Source: a virus
Taxonomy: Duplodnaviria; Caudoviricetes
DNA length: 64,000 nt
Reading direction: 5' to 3' (one strand)
IMG/VR virus record: IMGVR_UViG_3300025137_005045
This document shows positions 1 to 8,854 of the stretch, in pieces; the first letter of the stretch is position 1; the number at the start of each line of letters is the position of its first letter. The notes under the pieces are model-generated. The model saw nothing but the letters and a program-made list of their open reading frames with translations, was not told the origin of the DNA and did no database searches. The position numbers were made by a program, and so were the translations under genes.

Positions 1-204
1 GAAGAAAAGATTTTCTGGAAGGTAGCAGACAAGTTTAAAGAGAACACAGAAAAAGCAGAATGGGTAGAACGTAATGGTGTTGAATTACAGTATGATCTAG
101 ATTACCATTTAGGTAGACATGGTTTCATATATGCTGATCTCAACGACGATCAATATACTGATTATGTATTAAACTTCTACGAACATGAAGAAGAATGGAA
201 ATAA
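1..204 (+). CDS. Partial (5'-truncated) hypothetical protein, probable paralog of the next ORF
   Basis: Frame 1 is open from base 1 to TAA at 202-204 (EEKIFWKVADKFKENTEKAEWVERN...FIYADLNDDQYTDYVLNF...). It abuts the GTG of the next gene. Not in the ORF track. Confidence 0.6.
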   Translation, partial: EEKIFWKVADKFKENTEKAEWVERNGVELQYDLDYHLGRHGFIYADLNDDQYTDYVLNFYEHEEEWK

Positions 205-498
205 GTGAAAGAAGTAATATTGTATGAATCCCAATTGGGAGATGTAGGTGATCCTGATGATTATGCTCGTGCTATGATTGCGGCATGGGAGGATAGCGAA
301 GCTGGGCGTTGGGCAAAAGATCATGTTAAAGTAAGAAAAATTTGGTATGCAAACAATGACGTTATAAATGATTGGGCACAACGTGATAAACAAACTCACA
401 TTGTTACATACACAGTTAAAATAATTGCAGAAATGAATGAAGAAGATTATACATATTATACATTGAAATGGAATAGTAAACTTGAAAATATTAATTAG
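205..498 (+). CDS. Hypothetical phage protein
   Basis: 97-aa ORF with GTG start, abutting the upstream stop and overlapping the next gene. Confidence 0.7.
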   Translation: MKEVILYESQLGDVGDPDDYARAMIAAWEDSEAGRWAKDHVKVRKIWYANNDVINDWAQRDKQTHIVTYTVKIIAEMNEEDYTYYTLKWNSKLENIN

Positions 499-1438
499 TG
501 GTGGATTAGGTTTTATAGGACACGAAATAGTACGTTGTCTTAAAGATCATGATGTTATGGTTATTGATTCAATGACTAATTATGATTTTATTCCTCTAGA
601 TCAAATGTTAAAGTTATTTCAAATGCGACAAAGTGATTTACGGAATCAAGTTCCAACCAGACGAATAGATATACGAGATCGTAATACTACTCAAAAGTGT
701 TTCGACGATTTTCAACCTGATGTAGTAATACATCTAGCATCATATCCAAGACAAAAAGTTGTACAACAAAATCCTAGCATAGCTTCGGAAGTTATGTCAA
801 CAGGATTAATAAACCTTTTAGAAGCAAGTAAAGGTAATGTTAGTAAATTTGTTTATATATCAAGTTCAATGGTTTATGGTGACTTTGATGATATGGTCAC
901 TGAAAAACACAAATGTAATCCACGCGGTCAATATGCTATTATGAAATACATGGGTGAGAAGTTAGTTGAAGACTATAAGAAACATTTTGATTATACTATC
1001 ATTCGTCCAAGTGCAGTATATGGTCCTAGAGATGTTGAGGATCGAGTATTAAGTAAATTTGTGCTTGGAGCATTACGTGGTCAATCACTACAGGTTAAAG
1101 GAGTTAACGAAATACTGGACTTTACCTATGTCACTGACACGGCACAGGGTATTGCACTAGCAAGTACTCAAGCCTGTAAGCATGATATATATAATATTAC
1201 CAAATGTGATAATAAGCCAGTGACCTTAGGAGAGGCGGCCAATCGTGTGATAGAAATAGTTGGGCAGGGAGATTGGTTAGAGTATTCAAAAGATCCAAAC
1301 TTTCCTAGTAGAGGTAGATTAGATATAACAAGAGCAATTAGAGACTTAGGATATAATCCAACAGTTGATTTTGATACAGGATGTAAACTTTATATTGACT
1401 GGATGCGTGACAAGTATGATACCATTTATAAATCTTAG
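482..1438 (+). CDS. NAD-dependent nucleotide-sugar epimerase/dehydratase (extended SDR)
   Basis: N-terminal GGLGFIG Rossmann motif, HLAS, ISSSMVYG, catalytic YxxxK (YAIMK), IIRPSAVYGP, DFTYVTD. Confidence 0.92.
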   Translation: MKILISGGLGFIGHEIVRCLKDHDVMVIDSMTNYDFIPLDQMLKLFQMRQSDLRNQVPTRRIDIRDRNTTQKCFDDFQPDVVIHLASYPRQKVVQQNPSIASEVMSTGLINLLEASKGNVSKFVYISSSMVYGDFDDMVTEKHKCNPRGQYAIMKYMGEKLVEDYKKHFDYTIIRPSAVYGPRDVEDRVLSKFVLGALRGQSLQVKGVNEILDFTYVTDTAQGIALASTQACKHDIYNITKCDNKPVTLGEAANRVIEIVGQGDWLEYSKDPNFPSRGRLDITRAIRDLGYNPTVDFDTGCKLYIDWMRDKYDTIYKS

Positions 1439-2513
1439 AAAACAATATCAAACTATACGTGAAGAAATTCTACACGTTACTGATCTGGTACTCAGTGGTG
1501 GCGTACTTATGAATGGTCCGTATACCGCAAGTTTTGAAGAACAATTGGGTAAACGCATAGGATTAGAACACGTAATTACAGTACATAGTGGCACACAGGC
1601 ATTAGAAATGATAGCTCAATATCATAAGTATCAAAATGAAACATTTAGTCCTGACACTGATCTAACTGTATTGGTTCCTGCGTTAACTTATCCAGCAACC
1701 ATTAATGCGTGGATGCGAGCAGGTTGGAATGTAATCATTGGCGATGTAGACAGACGAGGTAATTTAGATTTAAGAAATATTCCTGATAAACAAACTTTTG
1801 ATGCAATATGTACAGTTGGTTTGTATGGACATCCAGTTTGGGAACAGGTAAGCGGTAGTGATGGAGACTGGATACGTTTTAAAATTTTAGTCGAAGATGC
1901 CGCCCAACACTGGCTAGCAGAAGATCAAGTTGAACTACCGGTTATGAAAGCAATAAGTTTTGATCCAATGAAAAATTTAAACAACTATGGTAATGGTGGT
2001 GCTATTGCTACATTTGATTCTGAATCAGAAAACTGGTTTCGCAGTTATAGAGAAAATGGTAAACCAGACTGGTCAGTTGACGGAACCAATAGTAGAATGA
2101 GCGAAATTGATTGTGCTCAAATGATTGTTAAACTTAAACATCTAGATGATTGGCAAGAAAGACGTCAGGAAATAGCCAGACACTATCTAGAACGTTTTAG
2201 CCATTACGAAGAAATCAGATGTTTGATTGATGACAAAAGTGTACATCAACATGGTTTACAAAAATTTGTTATTGAAGTAGGTAACAGAAATCACATTGTT
2301 TCGGATCTACGAAATAGTGGTGTTGAATGTAAGATACACTATGAAAGACCGTTGCATGAAGAAGCATTATATAGCGAATGGCCGAATCCAGGACCATTAA
2401 GTATTGCTAGTATATTAAGCAGACGTGTAATAAGTTTACCGTTTTATCCTGAATTGACTGATAATGAAATTGAATATATTGCTGATCAAGTTGTTAATCA
2501 TGCAACGAAGTAA
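1416..2513 (+). CDS. DegT/DnrJ/EryC1/StrS family PLP-dependent sugar aminotransferase
   Basis: MIPFINL N-terminus (ATG at 1416; track start 1365 is probably too long), SGTQAL, EDAAQH, SFDPMKNL with PLP lysine, NSRMSEI, ISLPFYPEL. Confidence 0.92.
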   Translation: MIPFINLRKQYQTIREEILHVTDLVLSGGVLMNGPYTASFEEQLGKRIGLEHVITVHSGTQALEMIAQYHKYQNETFSPDTDLTVLVPALTYPATINAWMRAGWNVIIGDVDRRGNLDLRNIPDKQTFDAICTVGLYGHPVWEQVSGSDGDWIRFKILVEDAAQHWLAEDQVELPVMKAISFDPMKNLNNYGNGGAIATFDSESENWFRSYRENGKPDWSVDGTNSRMSEIDCAQMIVKLKHLDDWQERRQEIARHYLERFSHYEEIRCLIDDKSVHQHGLQKFVIEVGNRNHIVSDLRNSGVECKIHYERPLHEEALYSEWPNPGPLSIASILSRRVISLPFYPELTDNEIEYIADQVVNHATK

Positions 2514-3795
2514 AATATTCAGATAACCACTCCCAATCGTAACTAAGTTTTAACTTATCAAAGTCACCTTTGACTCGTTCATAATAGACAACAGCATCTT
2601 TGGCGCCTTGTTTTGACCATTCACCGTTTGTTCCGCTACCTTTGGTTTGCCACACTCTCAATCTATATTCTGTTTCGATATCAGCACGAGTTTGAAGATG
2701 ATTTTGAAGTTTTAATACTTCACGAAATGCTGAACGCCATGCCATGAATTTATCATCTGCATAGTTAGCAACACCACTTAGTATAGGAACAACTTCGTGA
2801 GCTTGATCAAGTGTAAAATCTAAACCTGGTCCAGTATTAGATAGTACTAATTTTTTATTGTATGCTATCATGGCCATGTGACCATACTCTAATCCGTTAA
2901 TAGGATTTTTTGCATGGAATATATAGTGTTTTGGCTGTTGCCAGTAGTCTGGTTGCCACCAAAAATCAAAATTTTCGTCTATTTTAAGCTTCGCAAACAC
3001 TGAAAAGAACCACGGGGTACTACTGACCTTAGCCGCGGCCTGATAAGCGTGTATACGACCTTGTACGCCGGTTATACGGTGTAAATTGTTGCTGTTTTTT
3101 GCTAATATTTGTGATAAATGTTCATAATTTTCGTCAGCGTTTACTTCTCCGTTATCAATAAACACCACATCTAGAGGCCGAGACGGATATGCAAAATAAT
3201 CCTGTAAATGATCATAATCATATATTTGAGTAGTAATTTGGCTTGTTGCTTGTCTGGGTATTAGACTAATTGATCGTGATTTATTGAGACTGACCACGCA
3301 AGGATCTTTCCATAATTGAGGATCATATTGTGTAACAGCTGGTGTGTCAGTGACCAAAGCATAAGGTGTTTCAATGGATGTTTTTATTGCTGATACTAGA
3401 TCATCACCGACATATTTAATATATTGAGGATGTAACCTTTTAACTCCGTTGAGTTGCCAATTAATGTCTTGGTATAGATCAATACGTTCTGGATTCTGTT
3501 GTTTAAAGTTGTCAGTGGGGACCAGAAATGTATCTCCAAGTTTTTGTTGTCCACTAGACCAACAGTGTATTTGATAACTTTCCCAAGGAGCAGGCTCCCA
3601 ATCAAAATCAAAATTAGTATAGTCACAACAGGTAGCAATTAACCAAAACTTTCTCGTTCTACTCTGATCTGCGGCTTTACGCATTGCATTAAGATGTGTG
3701 GTCCATCGTAAAACTTTAGCATGTGGATAACGCTCTGTTAAATACTGTAGGTTGGAACTATGTCCGCCCATGTCCATTATGAATATATCAAACAT
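2494..3795 (-). CDS. Glycosyltransferase-like (GT-A-like) protein with internally duplicated domain
   Basis: C-terminal half (LDVVFID...GVQGRIHAYQAAAKVS...AWRSAFRE) aligns by eye with 17434..18342. N-terminal half is a second degenerate copy. The GT function is inference. Confidence 0.55.
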   Translation of the reverse strand: MFDIFIMDMGGHSSNLQYLTERYPHAKVLRWTTHLNAMRKAADQSRTRKFWLIATCCDYTNFDFDWEPAPWESYQIHCWSSGQQKLGDTFLVPTDNFKQQNPERIDLYQDINWQLNGVKRLHPQYIKYVGDDLVSAIKTSIETPYALVTDTPAVTQYDPQLWKDPCVVSLNKSRSISLIPRQATSQITTQIYDYDHLQDYFAYPSRPLDVVFIDNGEVNADENYEHLSQILAKNSNNLHRITGVQGRIHAYQAAAKVSSTPWFFSVFAKLKIDENFDFWWQPDYWQQPKHYIFHAKNPINGLEYGHMAMIAYNKKLVLSNTGPGLDFTLDQAHEVVPILSGVANYADDKFMAWRSAFREVLKLQNHLQTRADIETEYRLRVWQTKGSGTNGEWSKQGAKDAVVYYERVKGDFDKLKLSYDWEWLSEYFTSLHD

Positions 3796-4957
3796 TAAAC
3801 TTTACTTAGAAAATAATAATAATTATAACTTAAAGAATAAGCAAAGTCAAGAGTACAGTGCACCATACGTACGACCGTGTGCATTAGATACATTTTTAAC
3901 CCAGCATCAGCTTGACTACCAGCGTGTTGCCTTTGATGATTGTGATTATAATACATGGTATCCAGTTAACATATATTTCTTTGACTTTGACTGTGACTAC
4001 TTTACTTACTTCGATGTCTTGACCCTAGACAAAATTCGTAACAAGAAACTTAGAGTATTGTTTATCTATAGTGAACCAGACGATCCTTTTGCCATTAACA
4101 AAAGACTGGATGAACTATGTAACCAACATAATATAGATAGACAATCAATATTCTTCATTAGTGGTAATACCGTTGCTAATTCCTTAGACGGAATGGCCTA
4201 TCTACAGTATCACGAATTTCAATTTGAAATACAGAATACTGCAATCCCTGAGCCAACTATATTTGATCGTAAGACTAAAAAATACACTTGTTTAAACCGT
4301 ATTCACAAACAGTATAGAAAAGAGTTTGTTTATAATTTATGGAAAGATGGATTAACAGAAGATGCTTACGTAAGTTATGGTAATGTTTTAAATAAAGATA
4401 CAAAGGATGATTTTGCCGTTATTAATGATAGTTTTAAACATCCTGGCAGTGGACAAAGTCAAAACATTGAGTATGTTACTTCAGAGTTTGAGAGTTTATT
4501 ACCTCTAAGTGCAGATAACCTTGACACAGATCAACACAATGATCATTCTATAAGTGTTGACTACTTATTTTCTAATAGTTATTGGAATATTGTTATGGAA
4601 ACATATCTGGATGCTACCAACGGTGTTTTCCTTACCGAAAAAACATTTAAACCTATAAAGTACGGACAACCTTTTATTATATTAGGAACACCTGGATCAT
4701 TAGAACTTCTCAAAGAACAAGGATATAAAACATATAGTCCCTGGATAGATGAAAGTTATGATCAAGAACAGGATGTACGATTTCGGTGGTATGCCATTAT
4801 GGAAATAGCAAGAAAAATTTCTAATATGTCATTGGAGGATTTGCACAAAGAACATATTGAAAAAACCTCAACAATATTATATAATCAGGCTTGGTTTACT
4901 AGAAATAAACAAGATCAATTAATTAAATGTCTTCAACGGTTAACTGCTCAACAGTAA
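3779..4957 (+). CDS. Hypothetical protein with LTEKTFKP motif, glycosyltransferase-like
   Basis: Long ORF; YWNIVMET...FLTEKTFKPIKYGQPF...IDESYD, paralogous to 10129..11202. The motif loosely recalls the GT10 ENS..Y.TEK signature. Start uncertain (3752 or 3779). Confidence 0.5.
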   Translation: MNISNIKLYLENNNNYNLKNKQSQEYSAPYVRPCALDTFLTQHQLDYQRVAFDDCDYNTWYPVNIYFFDFDCDYFTYFDVLTLDKIRNKKLRVLFIYSEPDDPFAINKRLDELCNQHNIDRQSIFFISGNTVANSLDGMAYLQYHEFQFEIQNTAIPEPTIFDRKTKKYTCLNRIHKQYRKEFVYNLWKDGLTEDAYVSYGNVLNKDTKDDFAVINDSFKHPGSGQSQNIEYVTSEFESLLPLSADNLDTDQHNDHSISVDYLFSNSYWNIVMETYLDATNGVFLTEKTFKPIKYGQPFIILGTPGSLELLKEQGYKTYSPWIDESYDQEQDVRFRWYAIMEIARKISNMSLEDLHKEHIEKTSTILYNQAWFTRNKQDQLIKCLQRLTAQQ

Positions 4958-5348
4958 TATTACACTTATTTAAAAAATCAACTCCTTCCGTACTACGATA
5001 TTCTTGGCTGTAGTAGACCTGCGTAATCCCACTTTGATAAATCATTTTAGCACAACTCAAACAAGGCGAGTGCGTTATGAATATTGCTGAACCATCTCCG
5101 CTTTCACTTGACTTAGCCAGTTTAGCAATTGCATTTGACTCTGCGTGCAGTACTTCTGGTCGACTTTTATTATTCTCATCTTCGCATACGTTATCCCATC
5201 CACTGGGCATACCATTATATCCAATTGAAATAATACGATCGTTCTTAACTATTAAAGCACCAACGTTCAATCTTTTAGCAGTTGAACACTTTGCATAGAC
5301 ATGTGCCGCCCGCATGTGTGCTTGTTTATGTTTGTCTTTTATATTCAT
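4923..5348 (-). CDS. cd: dCMP deaminase
   Basis: Zn-dependent deaminase motifs HAE and PCxxC (HAESNAI...SPCLSCAK), VGALIVK, IGYNG. Confidence 0.93.
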   Translation of the reverse strand: MNIKDKHKQAHMRAAHVYAKCSTAKRLNVGALIVKNDRIISIGYNGMPSGWDNVCEDENNKSRPEVLHAESNAIAKLAKSSESGDGSAIFITHSPCLSCAKMIYQSGITQVYYSQEYRSTEGVDFLNKCNITVEQLTVEDI

Positions 5349-6832
5349 GAACAGACCTTAACTCCGTACTTTTTTTCAAAACGATCAGCATCTGCACGAT
5401 CGTTTACCATAGGTTCACCTTTGATATTAAGGCTGGTATTTAGTAGCATTGGACAACCTGTAAGTACAAACCATTTTTCTAATAGTTGGCGTACTCCGCT
5501 TTTGCAGTCTGCTGGAACTGTTTGTACACGACTAGTTCCGTCCGTGTGTACAACTGCTGGATAAGCATCAGGATTATTTAATCTTGCTACTACTTGCATG
5601 TATGGACTTGTTGTAAATCCTTCCGGCATTGTAAAATAGTCATTGACATACTCTTCTAATATCACAGGAGCAAATGGTCTAAACTTTTGTCTACGTTTAA
5701 TTTCATTTACCAGATCTTTTATTTCTGGACCTCTTGGGTCTGCCAGTAAACTTCTATTACCTAATGCTCTAGGACCAAACTCAGCTCGTCCCGATGCTAC
5801 ACCTACAATTTTTTTAGTCAGTAGTTCGTCTAGTAAAGCATTTACAGGATAGTCGCCGGATATATCAGTTCCTAAGAATGGATGTTGCCAGTTAATTTTT
5901 TTACCGTATGTTAAAGCCGCGGCGCCTAAGCTCGAACCTGCGTCGCCAGGATTAGGCATAATCCAAGTGTTGTCAAAGTATGCACCTAGATGTTCGTTAG
6001 CCGAGCAGTTAAGAGCAACTCCTCCCATATAAACTAAATTTTTACTCCAGTTTAGTCTTGTGGCTTTATCCATTACACTGTGCAATAACACTTCCAACGT
6101 GTATTGTGCTGAAGCGGCAATATTAAATTCTGATAAATCTGTTGCCCAATCTAAACATCCTGCGTGTAAATTATTTCTAAATCGAATTTGTTCTCTGTCT
6201 GATACAAACTCATCAAATACATTATAATCTGGTACACCATATGCGGCCATACCCATTAAAATATATTCATCTTCATTGGGTTTTAATCCCACACGTTGTG
6301 TCATTGCAGAATAAAATAATCCCATTGAGTGAGGATACCCTTGTCTCCATAATTTTTTATATCGTGCATTACCTTTATGATCGTAATCAGCACCCCATAT
6401 AGTTATAGTATCAAACTCTCCAATGGAATCAATGACAACAACCGTTGCTCTATCGTAAGGACTAGTTTGGAATCCTGCGGCCGCATGTGACAAGTGATGT
6501 GGATATGATTTTGTTCGGTAACCTGTTCCTATTAATTTTTTAGCTTTCGGTGGTATTGCTTTGGATAGTACCTGTCTGGTAAACATTCGGTCCCAGTCAA
6601 GACCAGCACCTTGATACAGTTGTCTTAACTGTTTGAGTAGAGGTTTTTCATAGTAGGCTATATCAGAAATACAACCTATATTTGCATCTGCAAAAATTTC
6701 TTCATTGAGAATATGATCGTTTTTTTGTTTGCTATAACGTTCGCTGTGTCCAGCAAAAGTTATGTTACCATCAAGGTCGATGATTGTAATTGATGCGTCG
6801 TGAAATCCTTCAGATATTCCTAAGTAACTCAT
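5345..6832 (-). CDS. Carbamoyltransferase (NodU/CmcH/TobZ family)
   Basis: HDAS, HHLSHAA, GGVALN, EFGPRALGNRS, KRRQKFRPFAP, DGTSRVQTV, LLNTSLN. Confidence 0.93.
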   Translation of the reverse strand: MSYLGISEGFHDASITIIDLDGNITFAGHSERYSKQKNDHILNEEIFADANIGCISDIAYYEKPLLKQLRQLYQGAGLDWDRMFTRQVLSKAIPPKAKKLIGTGYRTKSYPHHLSHAAAGFQTSPYDRATVVVIDSIGEFDTITIWGADYDHKGNARYKKLWRQGYPHSMGLFYSAMTQRVGLKPNEDEYILMGMAAYGVPDYNVFDEFVSDREQIRFRNNLHAGCLDWATDLSEFNIAASAQYTLEVLLHSVMDKATRLNWSKNLVYMGGVALNCSANEHLGAYFDNTWIMPNPGDAGSSLGAAALTYGKKINWQHPFLGTDISGDYPVNALLDELLTKKIVGVASGRAEFGPRALGNRSLLADPRGPEIKDLVNEIKRRQKFRPFAPVILEEYVNDYFTMPEGFTTSPYMQVVARLNNPDAYPAVVHTDGTSRVQTVPADCKSGVRQLLEKWFVLTGCPMLLNTSLNIKGEPMVNDRADADRFEKKYGVKVCS

Positions 6833-6930
6833 TTATATATAAATGGATCTCGTTTTTTAAGCTCTTTCAGCTTTTTTCTATTTTCTATTCTTTTTACGAT
6901 ACGATCGTATATTTTTTTAAACCATGACAT
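6829..6930 (-). CDS. 33-aa basic micropeptide, copy 1 (MSWFKKIYDRIVKRIENRKKLKELKKRDPFIYK)
   Basis: Hand-translated. SD TAAGGTGA 8 nt upstream; stop overlaps the carbamoyltransferase ATG; paralog at 7642..7758. Below the ORF-track cutoff. Confidence 0.8.
   Translation of the reverse strand: MSWFKKIYDRIVKRIENRKKLKELKKRDPFIYK
6836..6881. repeat. 46-bp perfect direct repeat, copy 1
   Basis: TATATAAATGGATCTCGTTTTTTAAGCTCTTTCAGCTTTTTTCTAT, identical at 7664-7709. Confidence 0.95.
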
Positions 6931-6933
6931 ATT

Positions 6934-7641
6934 TTAATTCACCTTATGTTCATTGATAAATGTATAAATTGCTAGGCCACCATTTGAACTGTTAAACATC
7001 GATAAAAAGTTTACCAGATAATTGCCCCAACTTGGTTGGACAGATTGAAATTTTAAATCACTACACATGTTTAGCACTGTCTGTTTGGTAAAACTTAATT
7101 CAAAGGGATTATTTTCTTGATCTTCAAACAATGTAGAACTATTGTAATTAATTTTTTTAATATGCTTTAATATCTTGCCCATTGGATTATATACTGCAAT
7201 CAATAATGTACCGCCTGGCTTTATTAATGATTTTAATTTGTCCAAGGCTTCTTGATATTGTGGGATATGATGTAGCACTCCACAGCATATAACAACATCA
7301 TATTTTTTGCCTAGTTTAACTTTAAGAAAGTCTTCTTTAATCCATTTAATATTTTTTATATTATTTTCTTTAGACATTTTCCTTGCATAGTCTATACTAT
7401 TGCTAAAGTCAACTCCAGTAAATTTACTTTTTGGATATAAGTTAGCGAATGTATTTGATATTAATCCTGTACCGCACCCAATATCCAATACTTCTATGTT
7501 GTTTGTTACAACATTATTAATTTCCTTAAGGTATATATTAATGTCTACACCTTCCTGCTTATAGAATTCTAGGTCATCACTGTCATACCTGCCAGGAAAA
7601 TGCAGATCACTGTAGAAATTCTTTATTTTTTCTGTATCCAT
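6934..7641 (-). CDS. Class I SAM-dependent methyltransferase
   Basis: Motif I VLDIGCGTG, then VDFS, EDFL, YDVVICCGVLHH, LIKPGG. Confidence 0.9.
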   Translation of the reverse strand: MDTEKIKNFYSDLHFPGRYDSDDLEFYKQEGVDINIYLKEINNVVTNNIEVLDIGCGTGLISNTFANLYPKSKFTGVDFSNSIDYARKMSKENNIKNIKWIKEDFLKVKLGKKYDVVICCGVLHHIPQYQEALDKLKSLIKPGGTLLIAVYNPMGKILKHIKKINYNSSTLFEDQENNPFELSFTKQTVLNMCSDLKFQSVQPSWGNYLVNFLSMFNSSNGGLAIYTFINEHKVN

Positions 7642-7758
7642 TTAACTTTTTTTACTTCTTGGGTATATAAATGGATCTCGTTTTTTAAGCTCTTTCAGCT
7701 TTTTTCTATATCGTATTTCTAATTTAATACGATTATATATATTTTTAAACCAATTCAT
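7642..7758 (-). CDS. 38-aa basic micropeptide, copy 2 (MNWFKNIYNRIKLEIRYRKKLKELKKRDPFIYPRSKKS)
   Basis: Hand-translated. SD GGAG 8 nt upstream; stop abuts the methyltransferase ATG. Confidence 0.8.
   Translation of the reverse strand: MNWFKNIYNRIKLEIRYRKKLKELKKRDPFIYPRSKKS
7664..7709. repeat. 46-bp perfect direct repeat, copy 2
   Basis: Identical to 6836-6881. Confidence 0.95.
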
Positions 7759-8854
7759 TTTTATCACTCCAACAATAATTAAATGTGTTACTAACACCGT
7801 CTACTTCTATACTGTATATATCTAGGTGTGTTTCGAGTTGGCGCCAAATATCAAACATATCAACTGTACCAAAACTTCTTTTTAAATCAACTTTTCCTAT
7901 AGGTAAATGTCCAAGACTAAGTTTTGGATCTCGTGGATCCAAGCCGTGTTTAAGTAACCAATTTTCAAACTCCAATTGTTCTCTATTATGCCAAGGATAG
8001 TTATTAGATCTGGTAACATCGTTAGCCCACTCTACATCAAACTCACCTGAGTAATACTGTAAATGTGTAATTTCTTCACAGGTTGCTTCATCTAGGTCAG
8101 GTGCACCTTCATCACGGAAAACTTCCATTAATGTCTTACCTATTTGTGTCCAGTGCATATAAACATACCCAATCCGCCTATCATATCCGTTAGATATAAA
8201 TCCTTGTCTATGTTCCTCAGACAGATGGTATCTTTTACGCTTATCAAATGTAGTAATTTGACTTGGTCGTATCCACTCCGGTGCAACACGAGCCTTGCGT
8301 TGACTTAATATTAAACTTTCAAGTTCGTGACAACTATGATTTAACGATCCAATTGCCTGTTTAATAGAAGTGGGTGCTAATTGATGATACTGACTTGGTT
8401 TTTCTATAGTACCCTGTAAGCGTTCAAAATGATTATGTAATTTATTTAATATAGCATGCTTTGGCTGTAGCCCAATATACAGATGTCTGTTATTAATCTC
8501 TGATGATGTTACTGTTCCTTCTATCTGATAGGTGGCTGGAAATCTTACAGTGTTTGGATGAAACCATTCTTCTATTAAATAGTCAGTGAGACCTAATTTA
8601 GTAAAATCATATCTATTAATAATTTCTATATTTTTGTTTAATTCATCGCATAGATATTCTAGTGTTCTTGGACTGTTTGGAAAGCCTAAAAAACAAAACT
8701 CTTTCTGAAGTTTTAAATTATTAGATAATGTTTCTTTAAGTGCTATTATCCAATCTTTAGCCAACTGAGTATCATTGGGAACAATATAATAATCTAGTGT
8801 ATCCTCTTTATCCAATGGATTACGCAGTGTTACTTTAACTTCCAATTGACTCAT
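7745..8854 (-). CDS. Hypothetical protein, possibly metal-binding
   Basis: Long ORF in the coupled operon. Likely start ATG 8854 (MSQLEV; track gives 8881). His/Glu motifs LHNHFE, NHSCHELE, YMHW. Confidence 0.7.
   Translation of the reverse strand: MSQLEVKVTLRNPLDKEDTLDYYIVPNDTQLAKDWIIALKETLSNNLKLQKEFCFLGFPNSPRTLEYLCDELNKNIEIINRYDFTKLGLTDYLIEEWFHPNTVRFPATYQIEGTVTSSEINNRHLYIGLQPKHAILNKLHNHFERLQGTIEKPSQYHQLAPTSIKQAIGSLNHSCHELESLILSQRKARVAPEWIRPSQITTFDKRKRYHLSEEHRQGFISNGYDRRIGYVYMHWTQIGKTLMEVFRDEGAPDLDEATCEEITHLQYYSGEFDVEWANDVTRSNNYPWHNREQLEFENWLLKHGLDPRDPKLSLGHLPIGKVDLKRSFGTVDMFDIWRQLETHLDIYSIEVDGVSNTFNYCWSDKNELV

Noticed and set aside
2990-3090. Patch of G/C-ending codons in the GT-like gene suggesting another overprinted gene
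   Set aside because: Both alternative same-strand frames lack a start-to-stop ORF of useful length. It shows that GC3 patches can occur without overprinting.
3396-3638. Nested hydrophobic +1-frame ORF in the GT-like gene
   Set aside because: TTG start without a convincing SD; hydrophobicity is expected from T-rich wobble positions.
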